Shown here piece by piece: positions 58,039 through 64,000 of a stretch of DNA of 64,000 bases (the first letter of the stretch is position 1; each line of letters begins with the position of its first letter). The DNA lies in IMG/VR virus record IMGVR_UViG_3300021961_000061; one strand, given 5' to 3'. This DNA is from an uncultured virus (IMG/VR IMGVR_UViG_3300021961_000061). Lineage: Duplodnaviria > Heunggongvirae > Uroviricota > Caudoviricetes. Under the pieces are notes generated by a model. That model saw only the letters and a program-made list of their open reading frames with translations, did no database searches and was not told the origin of the DNA. The position numbers and the translations under genes are program-made.

Positions 58039-58431
58039 ATGTCCGATACTAAACAATTAGAGCAAAAGTTTAAAGAAATTTTTCAATTTCTTTTAAAATC
58101 TTCCGATAATAGTTCAAAACCATTTGATACTTTTCAAGTAGACCATGTTAGTCTAAATGTATCCAAAGACAGAATAGTTTCCTATCATGTAATAATACTT
58201 ACTGAGTCAGAATTCGATGGAACCTATTTAGATACAAGCATAAGTGATTTAACAAGTACAAGAGATTTCTTTGTAGACTTTTTTTCAGAAAATGCCATAG
58301 ATGACAATGGTAAATTTTTTCAATCTACTCCTCAAGAACTTTTCATTGGTCCTCTTGTATCAACTATGATTGGAGATAATGATAATGCATTACTAAAAGT
58401 CGAATGGGAAGTATTTGTAGATAAATGGTAA
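58039..58431 (+). CDS. Hypothetical protein
   Basis: 130-aa acidic ORF packed between its neighbours. Confidence 0.55.
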   Translation: MSDTKQLEQKFKEIFQFLLKSSDNSSKPFDTFQVDHVSLNVSKDRIVSYHVIILTESEFDGTYLDTSISDLTSTRDFFVDFFSENAIDDNGKFFQSTPQELFIGPLVSTMIGDNDNALLKVEWEVFVDKW

Positions 58432-58442
58432 ATAATTAAATT

Positions 58443-58778
58443 ATGTCAGTAATTAAAAACACCCCATCACAAAGAATTATAAATGGTAAAATGATTACCA
58501 CCTCTGAGACCGCAGTCGTTTCAGAACCTTTTTATGAAACACACGGAGAATCATGTATTGTAATCCGTGGTATTGCCCAAGCCAAAGTAAGGTTAGATAG
58601 TATTTCTACTGACCATACCGTAATCAAAGCAATGACCAAAGTCTTAATCATTCCCGATGTCGGAAAGATTGATGAGGACTATGATGAAATCCTAATAGAG
58701 CGTGGTGCCTGCGTAGAGTTCAGATTCTGTGCAGGAGTTTGGTATATCATATCTTCGGACGGACTGAAACAGTCTTAA
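58443..58778 (+). CDS. Hypothetical beta-rich protein
   Basis: 111-aa ORF; 'GKIDE...ILIERGACVEF...WYII' resembles short fibre-tip beta domains. Confidence 0.6.
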   Translation: MSVIKNTPSQRIINGKMITTSETAVVSEPFYETHGESCIVIRGIAQAKVRLDSISTDHTVIKAMTKVLIIPDVGKIDEDYDEILIERGACVEFRFCAGVWYIISSDGLKQS

Positions 58779-59059
58779 GTCCTAAGAGTGAATTCCCCTA
58801 AGTCTTTGATGTTAATTGTATGAAGATTACCACTACGATTAATAATCGGAGATAGGGCACCAACCTTTTTCAAGTATTCCATGTAGTAAAACATGAACTC
58901 GGGAATCGCAATATCAGGTTGACTGATTGTAACACCGATGTGTTCAGGAGAAAATTCACGAGTAGGTGTACCTACGGTCTCAGCGTCACCAACACGGACA
59001 ATCCAAAAGTGGGCTTCGGGGTTGTTGACGGAGAAGTTAAGAAATGATTTCAGTTTCAT
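58775..59059 (-). CDS. Small protein resembling part of a type I restriction HsdS target-recognition domain
   Basis: MKLKSF...PEFMFYYMEYL...GNLHTINIKDL; overlaps the polB 3' end. Confidence 0.45.
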   Translation of the reverse strand: MKLKSFLNFSVNNPEAHFWIVRVGDAETVGTPTREFSPEHIGVTISQPDIAIPEFMFYYMEYLKKVGALSPIINRSGNLHTINIKDLGEFTLRT

Positions 59060-61838
59060 AATGGTAAATATACTGCTCCCAACCCTCTTCTGCCAAATCA
59101 TACATGTAATTTTTTGACAAACCTCGTTTTTCCCAATATTTCACCTCACCATCAGAGAGTGTCATAACCTCATCCAACTCATCTTGGTCACCAGGTCCCA
59201 TTGGATTTCCGTTGATAAGTTCACACTGAGTGGTAGTAAAGAAACCTCGGTCTTCAGGATTATTAACAATCAACCCGTTTCTAACATCATCTTTAAACAC
59301 AACCATCAGAGGTTCTATTCTTTTGTTGAAGGTGTTGATTGCACGAGCTACATTGTATTCACCTGTCAAATCAGGATTGGATTCAATTTCTTCACTATCC
59401 AAAATATAACAGTTCAGTTTAATATAAGACTCAACATCTTGTAGATACTCTCCTGTTTTTTTGAAATGTCTCTCTCGTTGTAAATCTGTGTATTTTTTCG
59501 CGGGAACTTTTTGAACATCACCGTAAGAAGCCTTTTCACCATTATTGACATACATGATAACATCCCCCAAATTGACATTCATTTTGTGATGAATTGCCAG
59601 TTCCATGTGAGCTTGACGAGACATTAATGAACCTGCCTTAGTAGTTTGAGTACAACGAATTTTGTAATCTTCAAGAGTTTGTTTAACCTTAGCCTTTTGT
59701 GCAATTTTAGATAAAGGAATTTTTTGGTCCCATATCTTTTCCAAGTATTCATAGTAATAATCAATAAACTCCTTACCTTCACCTTTAAGTAACATTTTTA
59801 TTCCTTTATCCAAGAATTCCTCAATGTAACCTGGTAGTTTTTTCGATTTGATAGTGTTACCTACAAGTTTAATTTTACCTGAGTCAGTAAGAAGTGCATA
59901 GTTCTTACGAGCTATATTGATACAAGAAGGCCAAATACCATCGGTATCTAAAGCCATTTCCCCCCTCATAAAAATATCATTATACTCAGCCACATCGGCA
60001 TCGGGACCTGTGTACTCTTTTCCTTCTTTAACTTTCCAGTTCAATCCCCTACCGATATAACGATGTTCCTCTACTCCTTCAGGAGAAGAGAAGTTCACAC
60101 CGTCCGTATCCATAACAAGAGGGGTATATCCTCGAGCCATGAAGAACTTAATCATCTGTCGTAGATACTGACGACCTGTACATGTAATTTGTTCTCCCAT
60201 GTACATATCCCCCCACGCATATACTTGTGGTGCTGAGAGGGCACCGAACATGGAGTTAATAAAGATTTTGATTGGAAGTTGTTTGTTATCATAAGATGCT
60301 GCCAACTTGGGGTCAGTCTTAGAATATTTCTCAGCCAATTGTTTGTACAAAATACGAGTATCACGGAAATACTTTAACATTCCTTTCATTGCACCTGTCA
60401 CATCACATTGGGGGAAAACATCGTGAACCAACTGAATCGAAGGGTACAGAGAGGAGAAGTCCAACTTAAGTACATTCTTAGAATATCCTACTTTTAACAA
60501 TCGTGAAAGACCACCCACGAAGTCAGTCTTGGATTGTTTAGCTGGGATGGCAAGATTGTGTTTGTAACTCCAAGCGAGCATTAACATCTTCCAAAGAGTT
60601 GCTGTTCCCATTGTCGAAACTCTCTCATAGGTTGTTGGAATCATGGATGCAAGAAGGAATGACGCTTGGTTGAATTCCTTATCCACTTTCAAAGTTTCAT
60701 CCAAGTCATCTTGAAGATATCGTTCAACGAGTTTGGCACCATTAGTAAGAACATAAGTGTCAGGAAATTTCACATCTAAATCCATAAAATCCCCCTTTTT
60801 ACGATATTCTCCGTTTTTAAGGTTCAACCAATATTCTTGTTTTTCAGTATACATTTTACCGATGTTTTCGTGTTTGATGTATACTCGGTCAGGTTCCTTA
60901 GCATTAATATACTCTGAAATATATTTCAATCCCGCAGACTTAATTGATGAATTAATTGCTTGTGCACGACGAACAGCGTGGATAATATCAATGGTATTGT
61001 ATCCCCAAATAGATGTCTGCATGAAATCTTCAACCTCATTAGCCAACTTAAGGATAGTCTTTTTCTGTGAGATAGAGTGTTGAGGGTGAAGAGATTTAAC
61101 AATCTTTCTTATGTCCATTCCGAGGATTCTGCATCGCTCAAATATCCAATACCAGTCAAAGTTGGCTGAGTTATATCCACCGATGATAGATGGTTTAAGT
61201 TCATTGATTATATTAAAGAACTCTAATATACCTTTCTTCTCATCTTCTTCGTTAATACATTCGATGATTTTGTTGAACCCTTTGTTGGTTCTCATACCAA
61301 TCATGAATATGCGACCGTCCTTTGGCTCAAGTGATGTGGTTTCCAAGTCAAATACCAATCGGGTTACACTATCGTAATCTTCGAACCCTTTGAATAGTCG
61401 TTTCTCTTTCGAAACAAAATATTGTTCGACGGGGGGGAGAATAAGAATCCTATCTCGGAACTTGTCACCCCAAGGGTCTGCACCACCTTCTCTAAAAAAC
61501 TGAATCAAACTTCTATATCCTTTGAGTGACTTTACCATGTAGGTAAGACCCTTTTCCATTCGGGGGTCACCATGAGTTTCGAGTTTGTCAATGACAATAC
61601 CATGTTTGGTCATGGCTTCTTTTTGTAGACCTTTTGAGTTTTGATAGAAACCCATATTGTGAAGGTCACCCACCCAACAAAAGGGAATAAAGGTATCCTT
61701 TCTTATTTCTTTTCCTTTACCAGGTATTTCTTTGATTTTGTAAATTGCGTCAGAGACATAATCGAATTCACATGCTACGATGAATTCCTCAGGGTCATTA
61801 CCCTCCAAAAACGACTTGATAACTTCAGAGTCAATCAT
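59037..61838 (-). CDS. polB: Family B DNA polymerase with 3'-5' exonuclease
   Basis: ExoI FDLET, ExoII GYNSANFDW, ExoIII YLQDD; motif A DFSSLYPS, motif B KIFINSMFG, motif C DTDG; KNYA. Confidence 0.95.
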   Translation of the reverse strand: MIDSEVIKSFLEGNDPEEFIVACEFDYVSDAIYKIKEIPGKGKEIRKDTFIPFCWVGDLHNMGFYQNSKGLQKEAMTKHGIVIDKLETHGDPRMEKGLTYMVKSLKGYRSLIQFFREGGADPWGDKFRDRILILPPVEQYFVSKEKRLFKGFEDYDSVTRLVFDLETTSLEPKDGRIFMIGMRTNKGFNKIIECINEEDEKKGILEFFNIINELKPSIIGGYNSANFDWYWIFERCRILGMDIRKIVKSLHPQHSISQKKTILKLANEVEDFMQTSIWGYNTIDIIHAVRRAQAINSSIKSAGLKYISEYINAKEPDRVYIKHENIGKMYTEKQEYWLNLKNGEYRKKGDFMDLDVKFPDTYVLTNGAKLVERYLQDDLDETLKVDKEFNQASFLLASMIPTTYERVSTMGTATLWKMLMLAWSYKHNLAIPAKQSKTDFVGGLSRLLKVGYSKNVLKLDFSSLYPSIQLVHDVFPQCDVTGAMKGMLKYFRDTRILYKQLAEKYSKTDPKLAASYDNKQLPIKIFINSMFGALSAPQVYAWGDMYMGEQITCTGRQYLRQMIKFFMARGYTPLVMDTDGVNFSSPEGVEEHRYIGRGLNWKVKEGKEYTGPDADVAEYNDIFMRGEMALDTDGIWPSCINIARKNYALLTDSGKIKLVGNTIKSKKLPGYIEEFLDKGIKMLLKGEGKEFIDYYYEYLEKIWDQKIPLSKIAQKAKVKQTLEDYKIRCTQTTKAGSLMSRQAHMELAIHHKMNVNLGDVIMYVNNGEKASYGDVQKVPAKKYTDLQRERHFKKTGEYLQDVESYIKLNCYILDSEEIESNPDLTGEYNVARAINTFNKRIEPLMVVFKDDVRNGLIVNNPEDRGFFTTTQCELINGNPMGPGDQDELDEVMTLSDGEVKYWEKRGLSKNYMYDLAEEGWEQYIYHYETEIIS

Positions 61839-61910
61839 ATTAATAAATTTTTACCGAGTGACACATTATCTTCCACACAAAATGGAATTTGTCTTGCTCA
61901 TTCTCCAATA

Positions 61911-61939
61911 AATATAAATGATTGAACTTACTCAGTCAA
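61911..61939 (-). promoter_or_regulatory. Host-sigma-type promoter of the DNA polymerase
   Basis: TTGACT-17nt-TATATT. Confidence 0.7.
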
Positions 61940-61940
61940 A

Positions 61941-62339
61941 CTAGCAACACGCTTGTTCTGAAATAAAACTGTCTTCTACATTGATGTAAAGTTCCTCTCG
62001 TATGGGTACAATTAAATTTCCCTGTTGTGTTCCGAGTAGACCACTGTTCTTGATTAAGAATTGACCTTGGTATCTTCCTGGTGTGTCAGTATTACGAGAA
62101 GTGAATTGATAATAGATATAATATTCAGTAGGGGCACCAGGTTCACTAGGAATCAAACTTACAATTGAACAGGGCGCCCCCACAATTTTAGGAATTCCTG
62201 TTTTCACATCTACCATTGAAAAAAATATTGTGGACAACTCCAATAATTGCATTGTGTCCCCGTAACTACTTCTACCATCTTGTACGACCTGCATTTTTAA
62301 AACAGGGAGCGTAGCGTTTTTTCTAATAAAGAATTCCAT
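61941..62339 (-). CDS. BppU-N/Ig-like small structural protein
   Basis: 'FFIRKNATLPVLK...YYQFT..NTDTPGRYQGQFLI...IVP'; TATTTATC 5 nt upstream (62345-62352). Confidence 0.55.
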   Translation of the reverse strand: MEFFIRKNATLPVLKMQVVQDGRSSYGDTMQLLELSTIFFSMVDVKTGIPKIVGAPCSIVSLIPSEPGAPTEYYIYYQFTSRNTDTPGRYQGQFLIKNSGLLGTQQGNLIVPIREELYINVEDSFISEQACC

Positions 62340-62357
62340 ACAAAGATAAATACTTTG

Positions 62358-64000
62358 TTACGACTCTTTTCTTAACTTTCCATCGTAGAATTCGAACCTA
62401 TCGTGTTCTGTGGGTGTTGCAAACAACAAACCTGATTTGATATTTCCTTTTTTTGTTTCTTGGAAAATATAACTCATCCAAGTTTGTTCAAAGGGTCTGT
62501 CCCACTTGGTCGTTAAAAACATTTTTTCATTTCCGTATCTTGTAACCACTTGTGGCCAGTTACAATAATACACCTCACCAATTCCATAAGGTAATCCTTT
62601 GAATGATTTTACAGCATCGAATTTTGTTCTTGGTGCATTTGGGTCTAACCCTTGAACAGGTAAAGTTGATTTTTCAGGCCAATATTCTTCTCTTACAGAT
62701 TGTGGAACATTATACCATGACCATTGAGTTCCATTATCACCATAAAACTCTGTGAAGTTCATTTTAAGAAAGTCTAACGATTCTTTTTTGGCAATCTGTA
62801 TGGTTTTGTTATAAAGGTTTTGAATGTGTCGTGTAAACCCATTTTTACAGACTTGTTCTTCTCCACCATAGAAAAACATATCATCCTCAAAGAACCAATA
62901 AAAATCAAACTTATTTTCTTGTGCATGTTCTGCAGTCCATTGACGACCACCACATATCCCTAAGTTATCTTTTTTGATATGTTCAAAACCATATTGTTGA
63001 CAAAGTTCCGAGTATTCCTCGGTAGTTGATAAATCAGACGAATTATCAAGTAAGAATTTTTTGGGTTTATCCAAGAAATTTTGGTCATACAATTCAAAAG
63101 AATTGATTAATGTTCTAAACTGATTTGGACTATTAAAGGTAATAACATATAGAGCAGCGTTTTCAGTGTTTAAATCTGAGTATGAAATGTTACCCTGAGT
63201 GTTTTTTACTTTATGAGTATCGTTTTTGACATCCTCACAAAACTTACCAATTAGTCCATTTTTTTCAATCTCGTAATAATCAAATAAGTCGGGGTGTCTG
63301 TAAAGAAGAATACTAAATAAAGATTCTTCAGTACCCATAAGTCCATCTGTAAGTGTTTGGTGAAGTACATTGTAATATAAACCATTGACATCCGCAATTA
63401 CATCTTTAGAACCCCCGAAAATTCCTCCACGACAAACTAACTTTACATGATTTCCCGCGTAATTGTTAATCTTAGGAAACGAAAAACCATGAATTTCTCT
63501 TTCAGCATCATAAGGAAATGCGATGAAACCAAATTTACTGAAAAGCTTATCAAACTTATAATGAATTTTGTCATGAGTGAAATAACCAGGATGAACAGTG
63601 TTGGTAATTCCGGCATCAATCCAAAACATGTGAGAAGAATCAAAACTATCAAAAATACGAGCATCATTAAGCAAAAACATTTTTGACATAACCAATGGGT
63701 TATACATTTCGAGTCTTGCTTGAGTTGATTCAGGTAACCATCCTGATTGATTATACCATTCAGGATTCGTTCTTATTTTTTGAATTGTCGGATAAAAGTC
63801 GTTTTTAAACCAATCTTGTCCTCTCGTTATAAATTGAGTGTTTGATTTTTCTCTGCGTTCCCAAACAAAACTCTCTAATTCAGACTCACCAAAAATAATC
63901 AAATTCGCATCAATCTGCAAAAGTTGTTCAAATTTATCCAAATAGTGTTGAAATGAACGAGACCAACCTTCGTTGAGCTCATCTCGTTTTATATTCCATA
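62358..64000 (-). CDS. Two-domain glycosyltransferase (HtrL/YibB/WlaTC-like N-domain plus GT-A/GT2-like C-domain), 5'-partial
   Basis: The frame stays open to the window edge (WNIKRDELNEGWSRSFQHYL). 'SKMFLL...FWIDAG...GGIFGG...GTEE' in the N-domain; 'LYVITFNSP...LLDNSSD...GICGGR...FFEDD' in the C-domain. Confidence 0.75.
   Translation of the reverse strand, partial: WNIKRDELNEGWSRSFQHYLDKFEQLLQIDANLIIFGESELESFVWERREKSNTQFITRGQDWFKNDFYPTIQKIRTNPEWYNQSGWLPESTQARLEMYNPLVMSKMFLLNDARIFDSFDSSHMFWIDAGITNTVHPGYFTHDKIHYKFDKLFSKFGFIAFPYDAEREIHGFSFPKINNYAGNHVKLVCRGGIFGGSKDVIADVNGLYYNVLHQTLTDGLMGTEESLFSILLYRHPDLFDYYEIEKNGLIGKFCEDVKNDTHKVKNTQGNISYSDLNTENAALYVITFNSPNQFRTLINSFELYDQNFLDKPKKFLLDNSSDLSTTEEYSELCQQYGFEHIKKDNLGICGGRQWTAEHAQENKFDFYWFFEDDMFFYGGEEQVCKNGFTRHIQNLYNKTIQIAKKESLDFLKMNFTEFYGDNGTQWSWYNVPQSVREEYWPEKSTLPVQGLDPNAPRTKFDAVKSFKGLPYGIGEVYYCNWPQVVTRYGNEKMFLTTKWDRPFEQTWMSYIFQETKKGNIKSGLLFATPTEHDRFEFYDGKLRKES

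Noticed and set aside
22320..61838. Introns or inteins in nrdA, nrdB, the helicase, recA or polB
   Set aside because: The ORFs are continuous, of expected size, and show no intein or homing-endonuclease motifs.
5505..63686. Numerous 60-160 aa ORFs nested in or antisense to long genes
   Set aside because: They overlap well-supported CDSs, mostly start with TTG/GTG, and have no recognisable motifs.
1..64000. Stop-codon reassignment (alternative genetic code)
   Set aside because: Core genes are full-length under code 11, and TAA, TAG and TGA all terminate genes.
1..64000. tRNA/rRNA genes, integrase, IS elements
   Set aside because: Intergenic gaps are short and are explained by promoters and terminators; no cloverleaf or recombinase motifs were seen by eye.
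1..64000. Eukaryotic giant virus origin (suggested by SET, SNF2, collagen and PolB)
   Set aside because: The contractile sheath, tube, gp25, gp6, gp13 and gp32 genes, bacterial-type promoters and intrinsic terminators indicate a tailed bacteriophage.

Overview
A 64 kb segment of a large lytic myovirus genome (T4-like or jumbo type, standard genetic code, AT-rich, densely coding, mostly minus strand). The host is probably a Bacteroidota/Flavobacteria member. This rests on a class Id ribonucleotide reductase (RNR) with the ATP-cone fused to NrdB, SprB-like repeats, an SSB tail ending DLPF, and no obvious Shine-Dalgarno motifs. The window holds three main blocks. (i) Tail/baseplate/fibre genes: collagen-like GTS-repeat protein, Thr-Pro mucin-like proteins, SprB-repeat protein, gp6/J-like, gp25, hub, LysM/gp53-like, tube-initiator-like, tape measure, chaperone, tube, sheath, gp15/gp14/gp13-like neck. 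(ii) A replication block inserted among the baseplate genes (gp32 SSB, RecA/UvsX, 5'-3' exonuclease, DnaB-like helicase, sulfotransferase, nrdB, nrdA), plus a family B DNA polymerase near the right end. (iii) Accessory genes: SET methyltransferase coupled to an SNF2 helicase, a Mn-type SOD fused to a probable PD-(D/E)XK nuclease-like domain, a HAD phosphatase, an RHH protein and a two-domain HtrL/GT-A glycosyltransferase. The most notable observations are: a candidate virion glycosylation/sulfation system with a recurring [S/T]-[G/A]-x-[T/S] motif enriched in structural proteins; a hidden +1 frameshift (UUU_CGU) ORF between the tube and tape measure genes; a SOD-nuclease fusion alongside a superoxide-activated class Id RNR; an OmpA-like domain embedded in a baseplate protein; and a sense-strand TATTTAT motif, the reverse of the T4 late promoter, upstream of 13 genes. 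All family calls come from motif recognition by eye; no database search was run.
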